Source: Candidatus Gottesmanbacteria bacterium RIFCSPHIGHO2_01_FULL_40_15 (GTDB lineage Bacteria; Patescibacteriota; Microgenomatia; 2-02-FULL-39-11). Taken from it: a stretch of DNA of 64,000 bases. The notes below the pieces were generated by a model. The model worked only from the letters and a program-made list of their open reading frames with translations. It was not told the origin of the DNA and made no database searches. A program made the position numbers and the translations under genes. Positions 1 to 9,611 of the stretch are shown here, piece after piece; position 1 is the stretch's first letter; every line of letters begins with the position of its first letter. The stretch lies in assembly GCA_001779115.1 (NCBI GenBank), contig MFJF01000015.1:86491-150490 (forward strand). The letters are read 5' to 3'.

Positions 1-15
1 CCCACTGGAAACTAT

Positions 16-1137
16 ATGAAATCAATAAATTATAAAATTTCTGTTCCGCTTGTTGATCTGAAGGCGTCCTATAAGGGGATAAAAAACCAAATTGACAGGG
101 CAATTGCCGGTGTTTTGGGAAAAACTAACTTCATAATGGGAGATGAAGTAACCGGCTTTGAGACTGCTTTTACCCGGTATATCGGTACAAAATACGCTAT
201 CGGAGTTTCATCCGGAACAGCCGCTATTCATCTTATCCTGAAAGCTCTTGGAATTGGAGCAGGAGATGAAGTAATTCTCCCTTCCCATACCTTCACGGCA
301 ACTGCAGAACCGGTAGTTTGGCTGGGAGCCAAACCGGTCTTTGCCGATATTGCGCCGGATTATACCCTTGATCCGACACGTCTGGAAAAACTTATCACCG
401 CCAAAACTAAAGCTGTTATTCCCGTTCATTTATACGGATTACCAGCTGATATGGACGGGATTTCAAAAATAGCATCCCGCTATAAAATTTCAGTCATCGA
501 GGATACCGCCCAAGCCCATGGTGCAGTTTTTGGCAAAAAAAAGACGGGAACTTTGGGGATTGCGGCCGCTTTTTCATTTTATCCGGGTAAGAATCTGGGT
601 GCCTATGGTGATGCCGGTTGTGTAGTCACCGATAACCGTCTCCTGGCTGATGCTGTCAGGAAACTGAGAAACCATGGCAGGACGGAAAAATACCGGCATC
701 AACTGGTTGGCTACGGTGAGCGGTTGGACACACTTCAGGCAGCCGTGCTTTCAGTTAAACTTAAGCATCTGGAACGATGGAACCGCCAAAGAAGGACTGC
801 GGCAGCCCTTTATGACCGGCGGCTTAAAGATATTCCTCAAGTAACAATGCCTGAGACAATATCCGGCCGGCGGCATGTCTATCATTTATATGTTATTCAG
901 GTGGAACAAAGGGACAAACTGAAAAATTATTTAAAAGAAAAGGGGATCGGGTGCGGTATCCATTATCCGATTCCTCTGCATCTCCAACCGGCTTATAAGT
1001 TTTTAAGATACAAGCGGGGTGATTTTCCCGATACCGAAAAAATCTCCGGTAGAATTTTATCTCTGCCGATTTATCCTGAAATAACCACCGCTCAGATAAA
1101 ATATATTACCAAATGCGTAAAAGAATTCTATTCCTGA
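16..1137 (+). CDS. DegT/DnrJ/EryC1/StrS family PLP-dependent sugar aminotransferase
   Basis: Motifs SSGTAA, GDEVILPSHTF, VHLYG, IEDTAQAHG and FSFYPGKNLGAYGDAG (PLP lysine). Confidence 0.95.
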   Translation: MKSINYKISVPLVDLKASYKGIKNQIDRAIAGVLGKTNFIMGDEVTGFETAFTRYIGTKYAIGVSSGTAAIHLILKALGIGAGDEVILPSHTFTATAEPVVWLGAKPVFADIAPDYTLDPTRLEKLITAKTKAVIPVHLYGLPADMDGISKIASRYKISVIEDTAQAHGAVFGKKKTGTLGIAAAFSFYPGKNLGAYGDAGCVVTDNRLLADAVRKLRNHGRTEKYRHQLVGYGERLDTLQAAVLSVKLKHLERWNRQRRTAAALYDRRLKDIPQVTMPETISGRRHVYHLYVIQVEQRDKLKNYLKEKGIGCGIHYPIPLHLQPAYKFLRYKRGDFPDTEKISGRILSLPIYPEITTAQIKYITKCVKEFYS

Positions 1138-2696
1138 TATTCGTAACAGTCTTTCTTAAAGAGCTGGTTTGGATTGCTGTGGTTCCACTTTGGCATTTTC
1201 CGGATGAGCAGGCCCATTTCGGCCAGGCAGCATACATTGCCGAGAAAGGCAGCCAGGTGCCTTATCCTCCGGAAAATGATTTGACGGAAGAAATATTGAT
1301 TTATGAGAAAACTTTAGGGACAAAAAGGGATAAGTTCGGCAATAACAAATTCACTTTTCATCCACAATACCGGATTGACTATTCCGGCCATGAAACCGGT
1401 ATTTTTGAAGAAAGTCTGAAAAATTTATCGTCAAATAAGGAATACCGGCAGATGTCAATTCACGAAGCATCACGCTATCCGCCTCTGTATTATTTTCTTA
1501 TTTCTTTAAATTACCGCCTTTTTTACGGCCGGGATCTCATAATCCGGGTTTTTGTCGCCCGCCTGTTCCAGCTTATATTCTATATGGGTGTTGTTTTATT
1601 AGCCTATCTGACCGCCAAAAATATATTTGAATCGGTGCTGCAGCAGACTACAGCCGTCATGCTGGTCGCCTTTCACCCCATGTTTTCATTTGTCTCGGCC
1701 GGAATAAACAGCGATAATGCCGGTAATTTAATTTTCAGTGTATTTACCTATATTTCAGTAATAACACTTAAAAAGGGCATAAACCTCAAAAGATTGATCG
1801 CCTTAATTCTTACCCTTATCTTATCGGTTAATATAAAACCTCAATTTATTGTCATCCTGCCTTTGATATTTGTGCTTTTAATTATCGCCTTTCTGATAAA
1901 AAAAAGACAAAATTCAATAAATCCGGGCAGGATTCTGTTTACGGCTGTTGTTTTTATAATCTCCATCATGCTTTTGTGGCGGTCCGGCAGGGACTTATTT
2001 TCCATAATATTCCGTTTTTTTTCACATTTTGATGTTAACCTGGTAACCGGGCACATTAAAAACTATGCCCTTCCTCAGCTTTATCATGAGGTTATGCCCT
2101 GGTATTGGGGAATCTTTAACTGGCTGGGGGTAACCTATATCCGCCCGGTTCACCGGTTGGTCAACTGGATCAGCTTGACAGCGATTATAGGTCTGTCTAT
2201 TTATTTTCTTAAAAATGTAAGAAAAAAAATTTATTGGCCAGTGAGCGGATTTTTTTACCTGGTTTTTTGCAATCTTTTATTGTTTTCTGGAATCTACCTT
2301 TATGATTGGCTGGAAACAGTAAGAACTAAATATCATCTTGGAGTCCAGGGCAGATATTTTTTCCCGTTACTGGTTTCTCAAATGATTTTGATCTTCCAGG
2401 GGTTCCGGGCGCTGTTTTCTTTCACCGCTTCCCTGAAAAGCTGCCTGGTGAAATTGTTGGCTGTTCTGATGGTAATCTTTCACTGGTATGCCCTGTTAGT
2501 CGTATCCGCTTCATACTATGACCTGTCATCTATAAGAATGTTTATTGTCCAAGCCAGCCAGTATAAGCCGTGGTTTTTTAAGGGAGGGTTCCTTTTTAGC
2601 CTTATAGCCCTGGCGATGTCCGTCAATCTGGTTTTTCTGCTACAATATTTAAAAGAGCCTGAAAATTATGGTACCGCAAAGAAAGAGAAAAGTTAA
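1113..2696 (+). CDS. Multi-TM GT-C-type glycosyltransferase (PMT/ArnT-like, DUF2142-like)
   Basis: PDE-x-AH motif after TM1, YPPLYY, many hydrophobic helices, NSDN, QGRY near C-terminus. Confidence 0.7.
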   Translation: MRKRILFLIFVTVFLKELVWIAVVPLWHFPDEQAHFGQAAYIAEKGSQVPYPPENDLTEEILIYEKTLGTKRDKFGNNKFTFHPQYRIDYSGHETGIFEESLKNLSSNKEYRQMSIHEASRYPPLYYFLISLNYRLFYGRDLIIRVFVARLFQLIFYMGVVLLAYLTAKNIFESVLQQTTAVMLVAFHPMFSFVSAGINSDNAGNLIFSVFTYISVITLKKGINLKRLIALILTLILSVNIKPQFIVILPLIFVLLIIAFLIKKRQNSINPGRILFTAVVFIISIMLLWRSGRDLFSIIFRFFSHFDVNLVTGHIKNYALPQLYHEVMPWYWGIFNWLGVTYIRPVHRLVNWISLTAIIGLSIYFLKNVRKKIYWPVSGFFYLVFCNLLLFSGIYLYDWLETVRTKYHLGVQGRYFFPLLVSQMILIFQGFRALFSFTASLKSCLVKLLAVLMVIFHWYALLVVSASYYDLSSIRMFIVQASQYKPWFFKGGFLFSLIALAMSVNLVFLLQYLKEPENYGTAKKEKS

Positions 2697-4221
2697 CAGA
2701 ACTTCTCTGATCCTGTTTATAATTCTTCTTTTGGCCTTTTTTTTCCGCTTTTATAAACTGACGGAATGGTTCAGTTTCGGTATGGACCAGGAGTATGAAG
2801 CATTTCTGGTAAAAAATATTGTCGAAGGCAATCATATTCCATTAATCGGGGTCAATGCCGGAGATACCGGAATATATCTTGGCCCTTATTTCATTTACCT
2901 ATCAGTCATTCCCTATCTTTTATTTCTGGGGAATCCCCTGGGTTTTGCTGTAACTGCCTCGTTTCTCGGTGTTGTTGTCACGTATTTAATTTTTGTCATC
3001 GTTAAGAAACTTTTTTCACTTCCGGCCGGTCTTTTTGCCGCCTTTTTTTATGCCGCTTCTTTTTTAGCGTCATATTATGACAGAAGCTTCTGGAATCCCA
3101 TGCCCGTGCCTCTTTTGTCTCTTCTGATTGTCTATTTTATTTACAGGATAGTTAGGGGAGACGGCAAATATCTTGTCTTTTTAGCTTTTGTTTTCGGGTT
3201 AATTTTTCATACCCATTTATCGCTTTTGATTTTTACACCCATTCTAATTTATGTTCTTATCGTAAACCGGCAGAAATTCAGCCGCAAAATAATAATTTGG
3301 TCACTTTGCGTATTTCTTTTTATGTTGGCTCCGCTTCTTTTATTTGAACTCCGGCATAACTTTACCAATTCCAGGGCGGTAATTAAAAGCTTCTCCGCTG
3401 AAAACAATTCCCAAACTTCCGGTTTTAATAACCGGGTATACCATCTCATGAATTTTCTGGGGCGTTTCATTTGGATTCCGCCCGCTCCGGACCTGTTTGT
3501 TGAAAAAGGCATGTGTCGGGATCTTTTGTGGTTGAGGAAAAATGCCTATCCGGAAATAATCGGGTTAACCGTTCTCGCGTTGGCGGTATTTTTATATTTA
3601 CATCATCCCGGGAAAAGGTCAGCCGCATATGCATTGGTAATGGCTGTTTTTTCAATGGGGCTTTTGGCCGTACTTTTCTATCGGGGTAATTTTTATGAAT
3701 ATTACTTATTGTTTCTTCTGCCTTTCCTGGCGATTGTCCTGGGTATTGTGGTCAGTATTTTAAACCGGTCGGAAAATTTAAAACCCTTAGCCGTTCTTAT
3801 TGTTTTCGTTTTCCTGGTATTAAACCTGATTACACTTTTTACCGCGCAAAACAGTTACACCCACAATAACAAGATAGCAGTGACCCAATTCACTAAAAAG
3901 TATGTTTCGCAGGATACATTTAATCTGGAAGCTCTTGGTGAATGTCCGCGTTTTGGAGGCTGGCGGTATCTTTTTGAGTATAATGTCGGAACTCCCGTTC
4001 ATTCCTATATGGACAGCTATTTTCAATGGCTCTATCAGAATAAAACACCCTCCGGCCAGCCTGAAAAAGTTGTTCTTTTGTCAATGATTGACGCCCGCTC
4101 AGCACCAAAAACCATTGCCCGCTGGCAGGAAGATAAAGTCAGGTTCCTGACGGGATATAATATACTGGCTGAAAAATTATTGAAAAACATCCATGTCTTT
4201 ATCCTGTCCCCTATAAAGTGA
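2668..4221 (+). CDS. ArnT/PMT-family (GT-C) membrane glycosyltransferase
   Basis: F-x-R-F after TM1 followed by acidic DQE, LGPYFIY, R-x-x-WNP, about 12 TM helices and a soluble C-terminal domain. Confidence 0.75.
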   Translation: MVPQRKRKVNRTSLILFIILLLAFFFRFYKLTEWFSFGMDQEYEAFLVKNIVEGNHIPLIGVNAGDTGIYLGPYFIYLSVIPYLLFLGNPLGFAVTASFLGVVVTYLIFVIVKKLFSLPAGLFAAFFYAASFLASYYDRSFWNPMPVPLLSLLIVYFIYRIVRGDGKYLVFLAFVFGLIFHTHLSLLIFTPILIYVLIVNRQKFSRKIIIWSLCVFLFMLAPLLLFELRHNFTNSRAVIKSFSAENNSQTSGFNNRVYHLMNFLGRFIWIPPAPDLFVEKGMCRDLLWLRKNAYPEIIGLTVLALAVFLYLHHPGKRSAAYALVMAVFSMGLLAVLFYRGNFYEYYLLFLLPFLAIVLGIVVSILNRSENLKPLAVLIVFVFLVLNLITLFTAQNSYTHNNKIAVTQFTKKYVSQDTFNLEALGECPRFGGWRYLFEYNVGTPVHSYMDSYFQWLYQNKTPSGQPEKVVLLSMIDARSAPKTIARWQEDKVRFLTGYNILAEKLLKNIHVFILSPIK

Positions 4222-5342
4222 AGAAAAATAAACGGTTCATACCGATAGCCTTTCCGGAAATAAGCGGCAATGAAAAATCATATCTGCTAAATTGCCTTAA
4301 ATCATCCTGGATTTCCTCAAAGGGTGAGTATATCGACAGATTCGAGGAGGATTTTGCCCGGTTCATCGGGAGTAAATATGCGGTATCCTCATCCAACGGT
4401 ACTACCGCCCTGCATTTGGCGTTGGTTGCTGCCGGTATCGGACCCGGCGACGAAGTTATTTTACCCGATCTGACTTTTGTGGCAACGGCCAATACCGTTA
4501 AATATACCGGAGCCGAACCGGTTTTAGTTGATGTTAACAAAAAAAGCTGGCAAATTAATACCCGTCTAATTGAAGGAAAAATAAATAAAAAGACCAAAGT
4601 GTTGCTGCCCGTTCATCTATACGGAATTCCTTCCGATATGAAAAAAATCATGGAAATTGCAAAAAAATACAAATTGACGGTTATTGAAGATGCAGCTGAA
4701 GCTCACGGTGCAAAAGTTATGATGGGAGATGTATCTTTTAAAATGGCCGGTTCGATAGGTTTAATGGGCTGCTTCAGTTTTTACGCTAACAAAATCATAA
4801 CTACCGGTGAAGGGGGTATGGTAGTAACTGATGACCGGAAAAAAGCGGACCTTATGAAAATGCTCCGTGACCACGGGCAGGATCCAGGCAGGCATTATTA
4901 TCATCCTTTAATCGGATTTAATTATAGGATGACTAATCTCCAGGCCGCCTTGGGAACAGCCCAACTTGAAAGAATTCAAAAATTACTTAATTTTAAATCC
5001 CGGATTGCCGCTCTTTACACCAATATGCTTTCAAAAGTTGCCGGTATTTATTTTCCGGAAATTCCGGCCGGAACAGAAGCCGTCTGCTGGCTTTACTCGG
5101 TTATTGTAGACAAGCCGTATCCTTTAAGCCGGGATGTCTTAATTAAGAAATTAAAAAACAGAGGTATTGAAACCCGGCCTTTTTTCTACCCCATGCACCG
5201 CCTGCCCGCCTATATTTCAGAAGAAAGTTTCCCCGCTGCCGATTATTTGTTCCATCACGGCATAAACCTCCCCAGCGGTTACAACCTAACGGAGGGTGAT
5301 ATCAAATATATTTGTGCTGTTATTAAATCATTTTCGAAATGA
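4218..5342 (+). CDS. DegT-family aminotransferase, GDP-perosamine synthase-like
   Basis: SNGTTALHLAL, IEDAAEAHG, FSFYANKIITTGEGGM, GFNYRMTNLQAALG; GTG start overlaps upstream stop. Confidence 0.9.
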   Translation: MKKNKRFIPIAFPEISGNEKSYLLNCLKSSWISSKGEYIDRFEEDFARFIGSKYAVSSSNGTTALHLALVAAGIGPGDEVILPDLTFVATANTVKYTGAEPVLVDVNKKSWQINTRLIEGKINKKTKVLLPVHLYGIPSDMKKIMEIAKKYKLTVIEDAAEAHGAKVMMGDVSFKMAGSIGLMGCFSFYANKIITTGEGGMVVTDDRKKADLMKMLRDHGQDPGRHYYHPLIGFNYRMTNLQAALGTAQLERIQKLLNFKSRIAALYTNMLSKVAGIYFPEIPAGTEAVCWLYSVIVDKPYPLSRDVLIKKLKNRGIETRPFFYPMHRLPAYISEESFPAADYLFHHGINLPSGYNLTEGDIKYICAVIKSFSK

Positions 5343-6646
5343 AGGCTAAAATTAGATTATTGGGTAATTTGCTTGTTTCGGAAACTGCCAGAAATACTTA
5401 CGCCGTTTTTATCGGTAATGCTGTTTCAGCCGTATTGGCTTTTATTTTTACCGTGACTTTGGTCCGCCGGCTGACTCTGTCGGATTTTGGTTATTTTTCC
5501 GCCCTGCTTTCCTTCATGCTGCTTTTAACGGAACTTTCTGATATCGGTATCGGTCAGTCGCTTTCTTCTTTTCTGCCGAGACTGGAAAAAACTGTATCTG
5601 CTCTTCACAGCTTTCTTAAAGCGTCATTTGTTATCCAGTTGGCAATTTCATCCGTTGTGTCTTTTACCATTATCATTTTTTCATTAACCGTCTCACGGCT
5701 TTTGTTTCATACCGATAAGTTTGCCGGCCTGGTTATTTTGACCGCAATCGGTATTTATGCCACAGTCCTTTCCAATTTTGTCAATAATTCTTTATCCGCC
5801 AGGAAAAAATTTTTAAAAGTCGCCTTTCTTACAGTTTTTGGCGCTTTTTTAAGACTGGCACTTCTGATTGTAATAATACTTTTTTCCGTTGTTACCCTGA
5901 ATAATTCCGTTTTGGTCCAAAGTCTGTCTCTGGTGATCCTGATGCTGGCTGCGCTTTCCGTTCACAAATTTTCTTTTCTTAAATCTCCTCTGATAAAAGG
6001 CGATATCAGGAACCTGATCTTTTTTGCCGGATTTTTGGGATTAGCCCGGAGTTTTACGGCAATTGCTTTCCGTCTGGATGTTCTCATGCTGGTAGCTTTA
6101 AAAGACGCCACCGAAGCCGGCATTTATTCAACCGCTTCCAGGGTTATTTCAATATATCCTTTACTGGCGGGCAGTTTCATGATGGTAATTGCTCCCAAAA
6201 TAGCCGTCTTGAAGGGAAATAGGGAACTTATTGATTTTTCCAAAAGGGTACTTTTTGCCACAATCCTATTGGTTGCTTCAAGTATTTTTATGATCATTAT
6301 TGCCCGGCCGTTTATGCTGACGCTTTTTGGTGATAAAGTAATTCCGGCGGTTACCGTTTTTCGCCTTTTGCTTATTGCCATGATTTTTTTTGTCGCATCA
6401 ATACCGCCCGTTTCCATTGCCGTTTATTATTTGCGTAAACCATATATCCTGACCGTTAATTCCGTCCTCCAGTTAATAATAGTTGTTATCGGCAATCTTA
6501 TTTTAATTCCGGTTCTTGGCCGCCACGGTCCGGCCGTATCTCTTATTATTGCCTATGGCATATCTCTTTTATTAACAACGGTAATGACCGTTTATCACTT
6601 CCGACTGAACAATCCGGTCAGGCTTAAACCCTTATTAAAAAAATAA
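5339..6646 (+). CDS. Wzx/MOP-family polysaccharide flippase
   Basis: About 12 TM helices, DIGIG, RLDVLML, AGIYS; glycan locus context. Confidence 0.85.
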   Translation: MKAKIRLLGNLLVSETARNTYAVFIGNAVSAVLAFIFTVTLVRRLTLSDFGYFSALLSFMLLLTELSDIGIGQSLSSFLPRLEKTVSALHSFLKASFVIQLAISSVVSFTIIIFSLTVSRLLFHTDKFAGLVILTAIGIYATVLSNFVNNSLSARKKFLKVAFLTVFGAFLRLALLIVIILFSVVTLNNSVLVQSLSLVILMLAALSVHKFSFLKSPLIKGDIRNLIFFAGFLGLARSFTAIAFRLDVLMLVALKDATEAGIYSTASRVISIYPLLAGSFMMVIAPKIAVLKGNRELIDFSKRVLFATILLVASSIFMIIIARPFMLTLFGDKVIPAVTVFRLLLIAMIFFVASIPPVSIAVYYLRKPYILTVNSVLQLIIVVIGNLILIPVLGRHGPAVSLIIAYGISLLLTTVMTVYHFRLNNPVRLKPLLKK

Positions 6647-6651
6647 TTTTC

Positions 6652-8262
6652 TTAATTTATTTTATACAGGTAATAGCGGTTATTAAAAACTGCCGGAAGG
6701 GATCTGTAGAATACCGGAGAAACAATATAATCAGCTTTATATAGGCGGGCTAATGCGGTAATTGACGAAATGCTGTGGTTTTGATACCCCAGGATTATCT
6801 CTTCAAAAGAAATTTTATCCGCCGGGCATTTGGATATATTGCCCAATAAACACATCCGTTTATACCACTGGTAATAGTCTCCGGGATGAAATGGAAATGA
6901 TTTCCAGTCGGCTACAATGGCTCTTCCTGCCACCAGACGGAATTTTTCCAAATCAGGCGGAACCAAAAAAACAGCATCGGCAGGGGTATTTCCGCGGATA
7001 TATTCCTCAATTTCCGTTTCCTGGTCCCTGAACTGATAGTAGTTGGAAAAATTGAATTTCCCATGATATCGCCATAAGGAAAAATAAATAAGAAAAAGAG
7101 CTGTCAGAGCTGTTTTGCCGGTTCTGTTATAAAAAAGGATAAATAAAAATCCCAAAAAAACAGCTGCCAGCCCTGCTTTACCGCTGCCGGTTATTTTCCC
7201 GGCTACCGGCAGAAATACGGGAATAATGGCCAAATAGGAGGGTAGTTTATTGTTTTTTATCCCGTTAAAAATGACGGTTGTCAGTCCCGTCATCAGAAGC
7301 CAATATACATAAATTGTCAAACGGAATGGTTGCATAACCACCGGCAGGTAAAGGGGATAAAAATAGAGGGAAAAACTCCCCAGAATTATTAGAGCAGTAC
7401 AGATGGCAACAGCAGAATAAGTTAATATTTTAATTTTACCCGGCCAGTATCTTTTAAACTTTATAAATCCCAAAAGGGATATTGCCAAAAACAAAAAAAA
7501 CATAAGATAGTCGGCAAGGGGATAAGCCGTGGGCAAATAATGGTGCCGCCCGCGCATCATTGCCGGAATCTGGATCTTTAAAACACCTGGTATATTGTCG
7601 GCAGGCAGCGCACCGTATAAATAAATTAAAGGTATACAAATAATGAAAAAAGGTAATATACCCCGTTTTAATAAGTCCGGAATATTTTTTTTAAGACCCG
7701 TCACTGTTAAATAGACAAAGTAAGAAGTGTTAAAGATAAAAAACGATTCAAAACCGATAAGGGGATGGAAATAAGCTGAGATAATATACAAAAGGGAAGA
7801 TAACAGTATTTTATCCCGGAAAAGACATGAAATTGCCAAAAGCGAAAATGCCAATGACAGTTGGGTAACGGTAAAATCACCAGTCACCAGAATATTTCCT
7901 CCCAGGCTGAAGGTTTGCCCGAATAATATCACAATGACGGTTAGAATTGAGCTTAAATGGTCTTTGGCGATACTGTCCGATAGCTTATAAGTGGCTTGGG
8001 AAATAAGAAAAACGGTTACCACAAAATGAAAGAAAAAAATAACCGGCAAATTTGTAATTTGGTTTAGTCCGGCCATATAAACGGAAAAAAAATACCGCGG
8101 TCCGAATTTTGATGCCGTGTTAAGAAACCAGTCGTTGACCAAATAATTGCCGGAAATAAATCTTAGGATGATGGGGATCTGTTCATATTGGTTGCTTGAT
8201 ACAAAGGAATATTTATATAGAAAGGGGAATATCAGACTTAAAAAAACAATAGACCGAATCAT
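6652..8262 (-). CDS. Multi-TM membrane protein, probable GT-C glycosyltransferase (DUF6798-like)
   Basis: NDWF, FHPLIG, RHHYLP, FR-x-x-A-x-RAIVADWKSFP; many TM helices; inverted relative to the locus. Confidence 0.6.
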   Translation of the reverse strand: MIRSIVFLSLIFPFLYKYSFVSSNQYEQIPIILRFISGNYLVNDWFLNTASKFGPRYFFSVYMAGLNQITNLPVIFFFHFVVTVFLISQATYKLSDSIAKDHLSSILTVIVILFGQTFSLGGNILVTGDFTVTQLSLAFSLLAISCLFRDKILLSSLLYIISAYFHPLIGFESFFIFNTSYFVYLTVTGLKKNIPDLLKRGILPFFIICIPLIYLYGALPADNIPGVLKIQIPAMMRGRHHYLPTAYPLADYLMFFLFLAISLLGFIKFKRYWPGKIKILTYSAVAICTALIILGSFSLYFYPLYLPVVMQPFRLTIYVYWLLMTGLTTVIFNGIKNNKLPSYLAIIPVFLPVAGKITGSGKAGLAAVFLGFLFILFYNRTGKTALTALFLIYFSLWRYHGKFNFSNYYQFRDQETEIEEYIRGNTPADAVFLVPPDLEKFRLVAGRAIVADWKSFPFHPGDYYQWYKRMCLLGNISKCPADKISFEEIILGYQNHSISSITALARLYKADYIVSPVFYRSLPAVFNNRYYLYKIN

Positions 8263-8271
8263 ATCCGGATT

Positions 8272-8280
8272 ATTTTACCA
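8272..8280 (-). promoter_or_regulatory. Extended -10 promoter (TG-G-TAAAAT) for the minus-strand gene, near-leaderless
   Basis: Reverse complement reads TGGTAAAAT, 9 nt before the ATG at 8262. Confidence 0.5.
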
Positions 8281-8313
8281 TTAATTAAAGTTTAGTTTTA
8301 CAGAGTTTCAGGC

Positions 8314-8319
8314 TATAAT
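8314..8319 (+). promoter_or_regulatory. -10 box TATAAT for the second flippase, probably leaderless
   Basis: Perfect TATAAT 6 nt upstream of ATG 8326, no Shine-Dalgarno. Confidence 0.55.
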
Positions 8320-8325
8320 CGAGCC

Positions 8326-9606
8326 ATGTCGCCAAAGATAAAGACATTCTTACCTGTTTTTTTCTCAGGCACCGCCAAAGATACCTATATAATTTTTACC
8401 GCCAACATTTTTACCTCATTTTTAGCGTTCCTTTATACCATTTTTCTGGCCCGGGCTTTTGATCCCCGGCTGTTGGGTATTTTTTCAGCCGTTACCGCAT
8501 TTATTCTTTTGACTTCAGATGTTCTTGATCTGGGAATCTCTGCATCCCTGTCCCGTTTTTATCCGGAAATAAAACGTAAAAGGGGAGAAGGAAACGCTTT
8601 ATCTTTTGCCGTTAATTCCTTCAAATTCCAACTCACCTTGACAATTGCCGTTATCCTTTTGATAATTATAACTTCCACAAATCTGGCTAATATTTTTCTG
8701 GAAGATTACCGCTTTTATTACCTTTACCTCCTTTCGGCTGCCGGAGTTTTGGGAACGGTTTTGACCGCCTTTGCCTCCGCTCTTTTGGCAGCCCGAAAAA
8801 AATTTATTGCCGTAGCCGTCATAAGCGTTACTTCCACTTTGACTAAACTGCTTCTTCTGGTATTACTTTTTTATCTCAACCGTTTTATCCTGTCTCTGGT
8901 TCTTCTCGCTTTCGTGGTTGCTTCATTTGTTGCTTTTTCTGTCTCTACCCGGTTTTTAAAACTGGCGCTTTTTAGGGATAAATTCAGCTTTATGGAATTA
9001 AAAAAACTTCTCTCATACTCCCTTTTTATTGCCTTATCCCGTATATTTTCCGCGGTATCGGGCAAGCTTGATGCTTTGATGCTTATTCCTCTTTCATCAG
9101 CTTTCGATGCCGGTATTTATTCCGCTGCCTACAAAATTGCCTTTACCTATATTCTTTTGGCCGGCAGTTTCAGTACTGTTATTGCTCCCAGACTGGCTTC
9201 ATTTAAAGATGTCGGACTGTCGCTTCCATATCTTAAAAAAATAATCCTGGCAACTATGCTGATACTTTTGTCTATGGTAGTCTTATATGCTGTCGCTCCG
9301 TTTTTTGTCGTCTTTATCCTTGGCCGCCGGTATGTTCTTTCTGTTGATGTATTCCGGTCTCTTCTGTTGCCGACCGCTCTTTTTGTCATGACTATTCCAT
9401 CAGTCAATTTTCTTCTTTACGTTCTGAAAAAACCCTGGGTATCAACATTCAATACTTTTATCTCTCTGGTAATCATGTTTTCCGGTAATTTATATTTCAT
9501 TCCGGCATTCGGGAGGTTCGGTCCTGTCTACAGCCTGACGGGAGCTTACGGATTTACCCTGATAAGCTCGGTATTCTTTGCCGTTTATTACTATTCAAAA
9601 TCATAA
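8326..9606 (+). CDS. Wzx/MOP-family polysaccharide flippase (paralog of 5339-6646)
   Basis: About 12 TM helices, DLGIS, KLDALML, AGIYSAA. Confidence 0.85.
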   Translation: MSPKIKTFLPVFFSGTAKDTYIIFTANIFTSFLAFLYTIFLARAFDPRLLGIFSAVTAFILLTSDVLDLGISASLSRFYPEIKRKRGEGNALSFAVNSFKFQLTLTIAVILLIIITSTNLANIFLEDYRFYYLYLLSAAGVLGTVLTAFASALLAARKKFIAVAVISVTSTLTKLLLLVLLFYLNRFILSLVLLAFVVASFVAFSVSTRFLKLALFRDKFSFMELKKLLSYSLFIALSRIFSAVSGKLDALMLIPLSSAFDAGIYSAAYKIAFTYILLAGSFSTVIAPRLASFKDVGLSLPYLKKIILATMLILLSMVVLYAVAPFFVVFILGRRYVLSVDVFRSLLLPTALFVMTIPSVNFLLYVLKKPWVSTFNTFISLVIMFSGNLYFIPAFGRFGPVYSLTGAYGFTLISSVFFAVYYYSKS

Positions 9607-9611
9607 ATCCG

